Shown: positions 13,581-26,170 of the stretch, piece by piece
Layout of the letters: every line of letters starts with the position of its first letter
Position numbering within the stretch: the first letter of the stretch is position 1
Source: Hypanus sabinus
Taxonomy: Eukaryota
DNA: 64,000 bases
NCBI RefSeq assembly: GCF_030144855.1
Contig: NC_082715.1
Location: 144,770,001-144,834,000, forward strand
Reading direction: 5' to 3'
The notes under the pieces: generated by a model
Told to the model about the DNA's origin: nothing
Databases searched by the model: none
What the model saw: only the letters and a program-made list of their open reading frames with translations
Translations under genes and position numbers: made by a program

Positions 13581-14837
13581 AGTGAAATCTGACTCTCCGT
13601 AACCTCATGGACCACAGGGTCCACACAGTTTTAATGGCAAAATATGGCAGTAGATTGCCAGGCGTTTCTTCTGAGGAACAGTCCATGTTCTAAGCCTACA
13701 TGGGTATCCATCCTCCACTTCTCCTTCACTACGATGATGACTGTGTTGGCACTGCTCCCTGCACGCATGCTGAGCTCATTGACTTCATCCAACTTTTACC
13801 CTGCCTTCAAATTTACTTGGTCCATTTCCAACACCTACCTTCCCTTTCTTCATCTTACTGTCTCTATCTCTGGAGACGGCTTATCAACTGATATCTACTA
13901 TAACTCTACTGACTCTCACAGCTAACTGACTATTCCCCTTCCCACCCTGTCTCTTGCAAAAATGCCATCCCATTCTCGCAATTCCTCTGTCTCTGCTACA
14001 TCTGCTCTCAGGATGAGGCTTTTCATTCCAGGACGAAGGAGATGTCTTTCTTTCTTAAAGAAAGGAGCTTCCCTTCCTCCACCATCAACTCTGCTCTCAA
14101 ACGCATCTCTCCCATTTCACACATATCTGCTCTAACCCCATCATCCTGCCACCCCACTAGGGGTAGGGTTCCCCTTGTCCTCATCTACAACCCCACCAGC
14201 CTCCGGGTCCAACATATATTTCTCCGTAATTTCCGCCACCTCTAATGGGATACCACCACCATGCACATCTTTTCCTCCCTCCCTTTCTGCTTTCCGCAGG
14301 TATTGCTCTCTATGCAACTCCCTTGTCCATTCATTCCCCACCTCATCCCTTCCTACTGATCTCCCTCCCAGCACTTATCCTTGTAAGCAGAACAAGTGCT
14401 ACACTTGCCCTTACACTTCCTCCCTCACCACCATTCAGGGCCCCAGACAGTCCTTTGAGGTGAGGCGACACTTCAACTGTGAGTCGGCTGGTGTGATATA
14501 CTGCGTCCGGTGCTCCCAGTGTGGCCTTCTATATATTGGTCAGACCCGACACAGACTGGGAGACCATTTTGCTGAACACCTATGCTCTGTCCACCAGAGA
14601 AAGCAGCATCTCCCAGTGGCATCATATTTTAATTCCACATCCCATTCCCATTCCGATATGTCAATCCATGGCCTCCTCTACTGTCAAGATGAAGCCAGAC
14701 TCAGGTTGGAGGAACAACAGCTTATATTCCATCTGGGTAGCCTCCAACCTGATGGCATGAATATTGACTTCACTAACTTCCGTTAATGCTCCTACTCCCC
14801 TTCTTACCCCATCCTTTATTTATTTATTGATTGATTT

Positions 14838-14840
14838 ATG

Positions 14841-14896
<56 letters not shown>
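14838..14896. repeat. (TATC)n microsatellite
   Basis: Tandem TATC run in the Penelope 3' region. Confidence 0.95.
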
Positions 14897-15191
14897 AATT
14901 TATCTATTTTTTTTACTTTTTCCCTTTTTTCTTATTTTCTCTCTCTTTTTTCTCTCTCTGTCCCTCTCACAATCACTCATTGCCTGTTCTCCATTTCCCT
15001 CTGGTGCTCCCCTTCCCTCTTTCTTTCTCCCTAGGCCTCCCGTCCCATGATCCTCTCCCTTCTCCAGCTGTGTATCCCTTTTGCCAATCAAATTTCCAGC
15101 TTTTAGCTTCATCCCACCCCTCCAGTCTTCTCCTATCATTTCTGATATCCCCCTCCTACTTTCAAATCTCTCATTATCTCTTCTTTCAGTT

Positions 15192-15227
15192 AGTCCTGAA
15201 GAAGGGTCTCGGCCTGAAACGTCGACT
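15192..15227 (+). ncRNA. Minimal type I hammerhead ribozyme motif in the Penelope tail
   Basis: AGTC-CTGAAGA-A-GGGT-CTCG-GCCT-GAAA-CG-TC-GACT: conserved core, helix I AGTC/GACT, helix II, palindromic ACGT helix III, GUC cleavage triplet. Confidence 0.7.
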
Positions 15228-18200
15228 GTACTTCTTCCTATAAATGCTGCCTGGCCTGTTGCGTCCCAACAGCATTTTGTGTGTGTTGCTTGAATTTCCA
15301 GCATCTGAGGATTTCCCCGTGTTTGCGTTTTACAAACACTCCATGAAACTTATGAATCGGGGAATAATAAAATTAGTAATGAATGATTAGGTAGCCAGTG
15401 ATTTGAGAAACGGTTGGAAGAGACAAATGTATAACTATGTATTAATTGAATTGAAGCATCGCTCTGTGTTAAATAATTGGCTGAAATATCCTTCATTTAC
15501 ACTTCACACTTCTTAGCCACTTTGCAAGCAAGCCTCGTAGGTAGCAGGAACGTTCTGCACTCCGTGGCGAGAACTTTCGCAGTCGGAGGACGGTGTAAAA
15601 CAGAGTTGAGGTATTGTGACCTTTATGTGTGTCTTGCTCTGACGAACAACAAAGCAACACCTTTCGTGAGAACTACAATAAGTAGAAGCATTGCAACAGG
15701 ACTGCTGCAATTTCACCAGCTTTACTAGACTTCCTTTCTTCACACCTTTGAAAGGATTCATAGCACCAGTTTCCGTAAATCAGGCAACAACTATTCTGCC
15801 GGAAAAATTGCAGACAATTTTGAGACACATTCCTTGCATGCATCCCCCATCATTTTTAACCACATTCTGTGCCCGCTTAGCATTTTGCCTGAGTTTTAAC
15901 CTGCGCTCTGTCTTTTACTTTCTCTTACCAGCGATCTTATCTAACTGCTGGCCTGATACGTACATTGGACTAGCAGCTCTGCAATCAGTCTATCCGAAGA
16001 CAAGTCGGGGCAAGTGGGATCGTTGGTTAGTCGCTGACTCTTTCACCGTCCGGCCTTAGCAGCAAAAATCAATTCCTATTTGCCCCACTGGGAATTTAAA
16101 TCGCCAGTTATTTGTTTGGTGTTATTTCTAACATCCACAGTTTTACTTATCTGATAAATTTGCTGAGGCGGAGCTAAAACAGGTAACGCATATTTAAAAC
16201 ACAAACTTGCGAAATATGACGTTTCAGGGCGCTAATTGGGAATAAAGTGGAAGAAATTGCTGAATGGGGGAGGTGGGAAGATTAGGGGCTGAGCGACGAA
16301 TTGAGGGGTGGTTGGGATATGTAACGACGACAGGCTCGTTGAGAAGGGGAGATCGGGGACAGGTTGGAAAGTTGGGTGAATGGTTGGGGATTCTGGCAAT
16401 AGAAGGGAAAATTTGGGGATGGGTCGGTAAAGTTGGGATATGAAAATGACACTGGGGAATGGTTCTGGTGACGATGGGGGCATTAGTGAGATGAGCGGAT
16501 GCTCTTAATGAGCGGGAAAGGTAAGAGAAGGACATTCTAGGAATCCTAAATGATACCATAGGAAACGGAGCGCAAATAAAACATCTTGAAAAAAACAAGA
16601 AAGTGTAAAGTTTCCGTGTTTTCCTTCTGTGTTCCTCTTGCATGCATAGCCAAGTAATGCCCCGAATAAAGAAAACATTAACGTCGTGCCGCCAGTGAAC
16701 TGAGGAGTTAATTTGCCCCAGAACAGTAAAATAGTTTGCAAAAGAAAATGCGGTATTTGTCTAATTATCGTACTTTAAGAGTGAAGCCGGACGGGCCAGA
16801 AATAAACTTCTGCTAAAATTCATTTCAATACAGTTTCAATTTCACCAGATACTGCAAATCTCGCACAGACAGCAAGGATCTGAGGTAGATTTAAATTGGT
16901 GGGATAACTAAGACTGCTGATTGGGGAGAACAGTTGCATCGAGGAAAGGATAATTTTGAGTAGAGTCTAAACAACGCCGACCATATCCCAGGAGCTAAGT
17001 GCTTTATGAGGAGAGGAAAGTTTTAATCCCTGCCGGACAGACATAGAATGTGGGAAGAGTACTGTGGAAGGGAAACAAGCCAGTAGCTCCAGATAGTGTT
17101 TCTGTCTCATCGACTGCCGATTTACAGTGATCCTATAATAATCCCATTTTTATTGCTCTTCTCACATTCACGTTATCTCTCCGCCACCCATCCCCAATTC
17201 ATCTACGCTTTGAGGAAAATCATAGTGGTAATGGGCCTCACAGGCCGCACGTCTTTGGGATGCAGGAAGAAAAGCAGAGAACCCACGGGGAGAGCTTGCA
17301 AACTCCGCAGAGTCAAACTCAGAGGTCAGAGTTCAACTCAGTTCTCTGGCGTTTGGAGGAAGAGCCTCTACTCGGTGTGTCTATATAAAAACAATTGGGT
17401 TCGGGTGCATGATATACAAGTATTGCTATGACTGTGTGGGCTGGAAGCTAATTGGAGGCGTTAGGCCACAGACTGCAGTGACATTTTTCAGTCTGTAATG
17501 TCTGTGGGTAGTGTATCCGGTCACCATTGTTTGCATGCAAATACTTAGCGAGTCTGAATCTGTACGTTCACTTTAATGATTCCTCTCGAATGTTGCCCTT
17601 TCCGGCGCGCCAGTGTGAAAGCGCAGTGTTAGTGTGGAATTGCTGGTCGAGTACTGGCAAGGAACGAGTTAGAAATCAGTGATAAGTTGTAAATAATTTT
17701 AAAATATCGGCAGGGGCTGGAACTACAAAAGCTTCGAGGCGAAGGAGGTGTCGCTGCTGGCTTCATCTGAACCAGTAAGTGCCGGGAGATTTCTGTCTCC
17801 TAGTTTTGGTTTCAGGGTATTGGTGGTGCGTGGGTGTAGGTTTATCAGCATCTGGTGACCGCGGAGAGCCTGGTAGTGGAAGGGTGCCATTCTGCTTTCC
17901 GGTTTTTAAACTTAGATAGTGGGGTCAGAACAAATTTCCGGACTGGAGCACAGAAGTAGTCTCTCACAGTTCTGACGAAGGATCGCAGACTCGAAACTTC
18001 GACCGTTTCTCTTGCTATCGAGTTGCCGGACCTATTGGATCCATTCCCCAACCCCCACTGAGCATTCTGTGTTTTTTTTAAACTCAGATCTTCGGCATCG
18101 GGAGTTTATCTTGTGATTTTCATTCTCTGTCGGCAACGGAACTCGGGATTCAGGAATTTATATTCTCATCAATCAGGGAGTGTTTAATTCAAAGTTCAAA

Positions 18201-19991
18201 GTAAATTTATTATCAATGCACATATCTGTCACAATATACAACCCTGAGATTCATTTCGTAAATAATACTAAACAATGAGCCCATAATGAGTCAATGAGGG
18301 AGTCCAATCAGAGTGCAGAAGGTGATAAAATGTATAGAAAAATAAGAAATAGAATTAATAAATATTTAACAATACATATCGAGAACATGAGATGACTAGT
18401 GAGCCCATTGATCGTGGGAACATTTCGCAAATGGTACAAGTGAAGCTGAGTGAGGTCATTCTCTTTGGTTCAAGAGCCTGATGGTTGAGGGATAGTAACT
18501 GCTCCTGAACCTGGTGGTATGAGTCTTGAGGCTCCATTTCCTTCTTCCTGGCGGCAGCAGTGAGAGGGGAGTATGTCCGGTGTGGTGGGTCTCCCTGATG
18601 TTGACGGAGATCAATGTTGTTGCTGTTTGACGCGGATTACAAGTTAACGTGAAAATTCAACATAGACTCCGTGAAACGAGGCAGCCAGCAATCAGTAGAA
18701 CAATCCTTCCCCATTGAACATTAGTCTCCGGCTCTCACATTTCACAGATGTTTGTTTCAAGACCGAGCGCCATTCGTGTCAGGAAGTACAGTAGTACAAT
18801 CATAAATTGGACTGGAAATTTCCCATGCCCGGTCAGTCATGTTACGGCGTTTGCAATAAAATCAGGAATATTGGACATGTTCATTTTATCAAACGGTACT
18901 TTCAGAGTGAGGAACAAAACAAAGCACCGATGTTGGTGGCCTTTCATCAGAACCGATATTCAGCTTTAAGGTGTTATGGAGCAAAAGGTGGGGAAAACAG
19001 CAAATAGTTCGCAGAGATTTGCTGAGGGCCAACTGATTAAAATGCAAAATGATATGACGATGCACGGCAACGGAGATGACAGCCAAGCTCTGCTTGTAAC
19101 ACAATCCAGCTAACACACTACACGACTTCAGATATTTCTGATTTCATTGCAGATTCCAAGAATCTATTTGCTTTGCTGCTCAAAGTCTTGTCGGAAGTGG
19201 TGATGGCGAGTTGCAGTTGCTGGAAGGACGGTGTCTGAACGTCAGCCTAAATCTTCACTTTACGCAGCACCTGGGAGTAAACTACAGCCATTTCATCCTC
19301 ATCTCCACTCTGTGCCTTGGGGGCTCCTTTACAGATTTTCAAAGCTGCATATTCTGCCTGTAGGTATAGGAAATAGAGACAGTTTCATTGCCTTTTATCA
19401 CACACACAGATATATATATATCTACTTCTCCATCGATCCATATATAAATAGATAGATGATTGATTAGTCTTTTCAAATTCTAGCAATTTAGTCGTGTCGT
19501 GACTGTAATATGGAATGTAGCAGGGAGCACATTTCCAAACAATGTTAACTCGCCTTTAGAATATGTCCGTCCTTTGTCCTTTAATTATATAATTATTATT
19601 CAAAGTGACATAATTTGTTGCCGCATCTCTAATGGCACAAAGAGGAAGCCCGTTCTTCCACTAATTTCTTTCTGACCTATTCAGATACCCAGTTCCAATA
19701 TGCCTCCATTCTCCTACACATTGGGTCCAATTTACACTGGCCAGTTAATCCCTGGGATGTGGAAGGGGGCCAGAACACCCAGAAGAATCCCACACAGTTA
19801 TTGGCAGAATGTCCAGAGTCTACAGGTCCAGCAGCAGAACTCGAGTCGATGGAGCTGTGAAGCAGCACCTCTACCACAAGAGCTATTGTGTCACCTTGAA
19901 CAGGAAATCTACCCTCAATTGTTTATCAGTTCAGTATGTTACACATAGCTTGATCTCTAGCTGTCTGTTTCCTCAGTTTGCTTGAAATATT

Positions 19992-20150
19992 TTATTGTGT
20001 AAGACAGCATACCGTCTCTGCTGAAGTATGGGTAGTATTTTTTATCACCGGATGAGAATAAACGACTTCCAATTCTGCATTATACGAGGCTTCCATCACT
20101 GTTGCAGAAGACAAAGTTGCATACGTTGATTTTTCAGGTCCTGAAATTTC
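19992..20150 (-). CDS. Gene A candidate terminal cytoplasmic exon with Tyr motifs (STYATL, ASYNAE, VVYSHP)
   Basis: Phase-0 start after TTTTGTTGGTTCCTCCAAG; encodes EISGPEKSTYATLSSATVMEASYNAELEVVYSHPVIKNTTHTSAETVCCLTQ*. The stop overlaps AATAAA (19991-19996). An alternative donor ACG|GTATGC exists at 20013. Confidence 0.6.
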   Translation of the reverse strand, partial: EISGPEKSTYATLSSATVMEASYNAELEVVYSHPVIKNTTHTSAETVCCLTQ

Positions 20151-20927
20151 CTTGGAGGAACCAACAAAATCAATAAACATATTAATTACATTGTGATCCA
20201 GTAATGTAGAGGTGTCTAATATGTTATCAGAAGATATATTGTCTACTGTATAGATTTGTTTGCTATAATAGCAAATTTGCTATAATTTGCTATAATAGCT
20301 ATAATTTGTTTGCTACATTTTATTAAATGTTACTCAATACTAGTTCGCTGTCATACATTTAATAGGATTTTTCAATTTCTTACATCTAGTTTATGCCTTG
20401 TACTTATCTTGGGTTTTTTTTTGTTTTGATTTAATACGTGTATTTCAAATTTTGTCAGTCACTGTCTAACTTTATATAACTTTTTGCCATATTATTGCCT
20501 TTCCCTTAATTCTACCTAATTACCAGGTTATCAACAAACACCTTCTCTTCACACAAGATGTCATAGAAATGATTCTGTAGCCTGGTTAAGTCCTCAAAAG
20601 TGTGTTTTCTCCAAACTGATGTTGACAATATCGCTTGTCCGGTCTATTTGCTGTCTTGATTTTCAGTTTGTGTTTCTCCTATCAGATGTTAATGTTGACC
20701 ATCGACTTAGTATACCAAAACATAAATGTTCCAAGCAGATATTTTGGAGTTAATTCAAATATCACACTGTTTTTAATGAATATGCCATATTTCCAAAAAT
20801 GACTGAAAACAGCTAAAAGACTGAAGAAAACCAACTAATGATCCTTGTTTTGTGAAGTACAGATATGGCATTTTGTTTACACAAAAATGCATAGTGTACA
20901 AAGTGACATGATTATGTTAAGCAGTAC

Positions 20928-20977
20928 CTCTTGAGTTGTTGCAGGAACCGAATCACCGTGCACAATTGCCTGAATTT
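20928..20977 (-). CDS. Gene A candidate short cytoplasmic exon (50 nt, phase 1 to 0)
   Basis: Acceptor TTATTTTGTAATTTCAG|, donor GAG|GTACTG; encodes (Q)IQAIVHGDSVPATTQE and links the TM exon phase to the terminal exon phase. Confidence 0.6.
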
Positions 20978-21327
20978 CTGAAATTACAAAATAACCAAGG
21001 AGATTTCTAAGTAATATTATGCCAAGACTGCAAATGCAATTACACTTATCCTTCACTAAAAACATAATTCTAACATGTAAGCATTTTCATGTTTCATAAC
21101 TCTAGATTGGCCATGGAGATACAAGAGAATCAAAGCTATTCATAATTCTGTACATTATGAAGCACGAATGAAGCATAAAATGTGTGCAAGAAAAGCATAT
21201 TAATGTATCAAATAGTAGTAAGCGTTTGAGTGCAATAGATTGTAACACACACTAAATTGACTGATATTTACCAAGAAATAACCCTACCGCAGCGGAGAGT
21301 AGGGTCGAGGAGTTTGTACTGTGTTCT

Positions 21328-21758
21328 TGTCATGGTCCCGATCGTTAATTCCCTATCTTGCTCCTAATTTCCTTTGATTATGCCTTGATTCTGACCATTA
21401 ACTTCCCATTTACTGCTAATTCTCTTTGATGACGACACACCTGGTTTCTATCCAGACCTGCAGCATAAGAACCTTGGCATAACAACCATTAGTCGCCAGA
21501 TCGTTGTTGTGTTTTTTCCCCCTGTGAGATAACTATGGTTCTTGACCGCTTAGAACCATTTGTTCTAAGTTTAGCTCCAGTTTCAAGGGTTACCCATGAG
21601 ACACCATTTCTCTGAGTCAAGGCTCTATATCAGGGCTCCGTGTCAAGATCCCTCCTGTTTGCTGTTCGGCGTTTACGCCCGTGTAAGCATCCAAACTCAA
21701 TCTCCGTGCCCATGTCCTGCACTTGGGTTCGCTTCATTCACCGCGTTGCATTGCAACA
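21328..21758 (+). mobile_element. Solo LTR (Gypsy-type)
   Basis: TGTCATGG...GCAACA termini; flanks GTTCT / GTTCC (4 of 5 match). Confidence 0.55.
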
Positions 21759-21829
21759 GTTCCACGTTCTAAATTGTGTAACGTTATATGAGATTATCCC
21801 AGAATATATCATATTACTGAGGCTAATTA

Positions 21830-22400
21830 GACAGATACTTTATTGATCCCAAAGGATATTACAGTGTCACAGTAGCTTTGCAAGTGCGCAGATATAAATA
21901 TTACAAGAGAAGCACAAAGTATATAAAAAGTAACCCCAAACACTAACAGGAGGTGGTCATCACATCCCCGTCTATAGGTTAAATCATTATAGAGCCTAAT
22001 GGCTGGGGGTAAGAATGGCCTCATGTTGTTTTCTTTGGGGCAGCGCAGTTGTCTTAGTCTATTACTAAAAGAGCTCCTCTGTTCAGAGAAAATGGCATGC
22101 ATAGGGTGAGGAACGTTGTCCAGAAATGCCAAGAATTTCCGTAGGGACTTTGTTCTATCACAGCCTCCAGTGTGTACAGCTTGACTCCTATAACAGATCC
22201 CGCCTTTCTAATCAACATTGAGCCTGTTGGCATCACCCACGCTAATGCTATTGCCTAACATAGAGGATGGTATGGACAACACCAGACTAGTAGAACATGT
22301 GAAGGAGAAGCCTGCACACTCCAAAAGACCTCAGTCTCCTTGGGAAATAGAGCCGATTCTGGCCCTTGTACACATCCTCTGTGTTTGTGCTCCACTCAAT
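21830..22400 (-). mobile_element. Rex1/Babar LINE 3' fragment
   Basis: HPMHAIFSEQRSSFSNRLRQLRC..PFLPPAIRLYN is the Rex1 ORF C-terminus. Confidence 0.75.
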
Positions 22401-23474
22401 TCCGTGCGCGCTGGATAATCACATACTACTTTTCACATCAGTAACGTTAACTCAGTCTCACACACCCTGAATCTATGGGGTACTGGATGTTGGGGTAAGC
22501 GGCCTAACGATGAAAGGCAGAATTCAACGTGAATCATACTACATGACCCTATTGCTGCAGAAACATGAAGAGCGTAGACCACAAAAGGATTCCGTTTTAT
22601 TTAGGTGCTGAATCACGGACATCTGCACAGAATAGTAGGCACTCACTTCACGGGGACAATATTAGTGAACATATCAGGGGAAAGGCCATGGAATCTAGCA
22701 ACGCTGTTATAAACATGGAAGTGATATTGGTCATTAATACAAATAAATTTAAGGGATAACGGTATTACTCTTTATTTCCCCAAACTATGCGTGGGGCAGT
22801 GTTGAGAACATATTACCGGTGATATTCGGTCTCATTTCAAGCATGATCAACAGCTAATTCTTAAAGTCCTGAAGGACATTGCGCAATGTAAAGGAAGCAA
22901 ATATGAACTGAGTAACCCGAAGCAGAAAACAAAGAAACAAGGAAACTAAAATTAAGATAACAAAACATCCGATCAGTTTAGGACTAGAGGACTTCTTCGG
23001 TGTTATTACGAACGTTAGCGACTATTGTATATTTGAATAAAGTCAAAACGTACTATTAGACTGTGATACTAGATGACAGGGTTAAGCGAAGGACTGAATA
23101 CTGGAGAACAGGTATTAAATACCGACATGAGGATAAATGGAGGAATTCCTTTAATATTCTATCTCGGATCAGTAAAAGAAAATGTGCAACTGATTTATCA
23201 TACTGATATTTTCTCAGAGTTGATTTTAAAATCACTGCAGTGTTACGCCCTTCCATACAGGTATTTGCCGTATTTAAACATACTGCAGGACGGATAAGAT
23301 GCGCCACGTGGGCTCCTTTGTCCTGTACATTTCTCGGATTCACGATCATTATTTGAAACCGACCACCAATCGTGTCCATTTTAACGTAACATTTTGTTAA
23401 AAATCCACTACTATAGAAAGTATATATTGGTTATTTACAGCGAAAATTGCGCATGCTATACTCACAATACTCAC

Positions 23475-23576
23475 GTTTCGCATTCCAACGCCTTGCGGAT
23501 AAAAGGAAAATAACCAGTAGGAGCATGCCCATCAGCAAATAAAGCCATTGACGTTTGTTCGTCTGGAAATCGGATC
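23475..23576 (-). CDS. Gene A transmembrane exon (102 nt, phase 1-1)
   Basis: Acceptor TTCATTCTTGATAAG|, donor AAAC|GTGAGT; encodes (G)SDFQTNKRQWLYLLMGMLLLVIFLLSARRWNAK. Frame and both splice sites are conserved in unit B. Confidence 0.8.
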
Positions 23577-25798
23577 CTTATCAAGAATGAAGATAATGAT
23601 AACTATTATTATTATTATTGTAAACATCATAGGAAACTATATTAACTTCAACAAATATAATTAACAAAACATAATTTTAAAAAAAATCAACTAAATTGAT
23701 CATTGCTATTATCGCAGCGAGATGAACCACGATGTTTTGAGATATCTTCAAAATACTGTGTAACTCACAGTAAATGAATTTAATTAAAAATCTGGGTCTT
23801 TCTTGAGGCGAATTTCTGTTCTTAGCGGAAGTGTTTTTTTTATTAAAACACAACAGATGACATCTATTTTTAAAAGGTCCAGGAGCGAGGTTACTGAATT
23901 CTGAGAAATGATAATTTTTAACCGCACGTTAGTGTTTCAGGCTCTGTGTGCATGGAATCAACACACAGAACTGACATTTTACCTGACACCTGTTATAGAA
24001 TTAGATAAATAAAATATTAGAGTAGAGATATATAGTTTACTAACATTTGTTGCTTGACCTGCTGACTGCACTCATTTATTTTGTGTTTTATCTCAGATTT
24101 CCTGCGTTCATTTCTTTAAATCACCATATGTCCAGATATCCCGGTTTATGCTATTGCCTGCTTTTGCAACTTTGTGAATCACTTGTGCGACGACTTTCAG
24201 AAAATTTAAATGTAAAAGCAGAAGGTTCGAGAAAAATTAGGATGATTCAGAGCGATTGTGTTTACATTATGCAAAGATTTGAAGGCAGTCATCCACCCTT
24301 TTCGGCAAGAGATCGCCGGTCCAGTTATCTGATCTGCAATGGTCTTCATTTCCAGGCATAAGAGTACCGCTGACATTCGATATCCTCAAGCCAATCAAAA
24401 ATGCCACAAGCTCTGATTGAACTGCAAAAAGAGGAGGAATGGACATGGGGCTAGCAACCCCATTCCATAAAGAAATTACAGCTAGAGGAACGCGAAATAA
24501 GCTCCGAAGAGTTCATCCCTGGGAGAGGAAAGATCTTCGTTTAGAAGAGGGAAGATTGCTACACCTGTGGATAACTTCAGAAAGACTCTGGCGAGCTTCT
24601 CTCGGCAGTTTGTGCCACAGCATGGGGTGACGAGCTTAAGAAGAATAAGAAACTCTGATTTAATATACCTATGAGAAGAATAAATTACGTGTAGGAGAGA
24701 AGTTATTTGCCTATTTTGCACATTGATTTGTTAGTCTTTATGTATAGTTTTTCATAAATTCTAATGTATTTCTTTATTTTTCTGAAAATCCCTGCAGGAA
24801 AATGAATCTCAAGACATGCTGTAGTGATGTATACGCACTTTGATAATTAATTTACTTTTACTAACGCTCCCTCTATTTTTGCTTACAGCTGGGCCGATCA
24901 GCCATTGCTCTGAGCAGGAAATTTTTAACAGGGCCTGAAATCTGCCTGACACCTGTGTATATTTAAAATGAACATCGAAAAATCTCATACTTTTGATTTT
25001 ATTTAATAATTGAATTGGTATCATGAAATACGGTACGACAAAGAAAAAAACCCTCCATGTTTCGTAAATATTTTCTCTGCTGTCTTTATTCCAGCAGCGC
25101 AGCGACAAAGACGCCGTGCGCGGGGGCATTGCTTGTACTGTGCGGCCACGCACCCGCGCAACTCAGAGGGAACAAAGATTGGCCTCGACTGGTAAATGTA
25201 CCGACTAGGTTGCAATGTTTCGGTCAAATTGGTGCGCCCAACTTGACCCAGATCTTCCACACGCATTAATGCTAATTACTTAAACACAGTAGAGCTGAAG
25301 CAGGATGTTTTTAAGTTAGCTACATTAATTCTGGAAAAACTGCTTGAAAGTGGAACACACCTATACTTTGTTTCGTTCGCTTCCGTCTCCCCAGGTGCCT
25401 GTTTTGCTTTTGACGGTTGGCAGTTGATTTGGAAATGCTGGCCAGGCTTTACTGTTGCAGAAGGACTGTGTCTCTCGGATCTGGCTGTGTGGCCGAGCTA
25501 CCTGCTGCCTTCACCTCCCTACATCCTGGCACACCTCAACACCCTTTACTGACAGTCGGGAAAGATCGGGGCGAGTCATTCAGCCGACATCGCTTCACAC
25601 AAGTCCTCCTCCCCAAATCCCGACCTGGTACTGTTGATCAGCGGCAGCTCCAGCTTTTTTTTTAAATTTTGAGATCATGAACTCAGTCCGCTGTTCAATT
25701 GAATCTTTGCGTCGCTGATAACGTGAATGTAAGTTCAATTTCAATAAAATCCGAATACAGTATATTTCCATGTGTATAAACTTAATCATAAATCCTAC

Positions 25799-26170
25799 CT
25801 GTCACGATCAACCGGCTTCCGTTGCCCATGAAATCTCCAGTGGATGGCGGATTTAGAGCCATCAGTTCACAGTAATATGTGCCGCTGTCTTCTTGCTGAA
25901 GATTATTTATTGTTAACTCGCTTCTGATTATGCTTTGCTCTTTGGTAATTTCCACCTCGATAGAAAGGTTTCTTTTGTATGTGTGGTTCATGTAAATTAC
26001 GTAAGTTTGATTCGTTGCCTTTTCTGATCGATGAAGCCAGTTGATTGCAAAGTCGAGAATTTTATCCGCAGAAAAGTTGCAGATCAGATTCGCCCTCCCC
26101 CCTTCGGGCACTGTGAGATAACTGGGTGTTTGGTGAACACGAACCCCTTCTATGACACTTTGTGACCAGC
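25799..26170 (-). CDS. Gene A Ig V-set (germline-joined VJ-type) exon, 372 nt, phase 1-1; CD28/CTLA-4/PD-1/NKp30-like single-V receptor
   Basis: VHQTP..VPEGGRANLIC..INWLH..SELTINNLQQEDSGTYYC..GNGSRLIVT with B-strand Cys, C-strand Trp, F-strand DxGxYYC and a J-like GxG. Acceptor CTACTTTCTGCACAG|, donor ACAG|GTAGG. Confidence 0.92.

Larger units (their letters stand above)
13590..15320 (+). mobile_element. Penelope-like element (RT C-terminus, GIY-YIG endonuclease, 3' tail)
   Basis: ORF 14175-14786 ends with CYTCPY..VIYCVRCSQCGLLYIGQTRHRLGDHFAEH..PVASYFN..GMNIDF, a Penelope GIY-YIG domain; YYNSTDSHS and YSQF-like RT motifs lie upstream. Confidence 0.9.

Noticed and set aside
22860-22990. Hydrophobic stretch KLIGCFVILILVSLFLCFLLR as the TM exon
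   Set aside because: T-rich sequence without a phase-compatible acceptor for the full helix and without a good donor; 23475-23576 fits far better.
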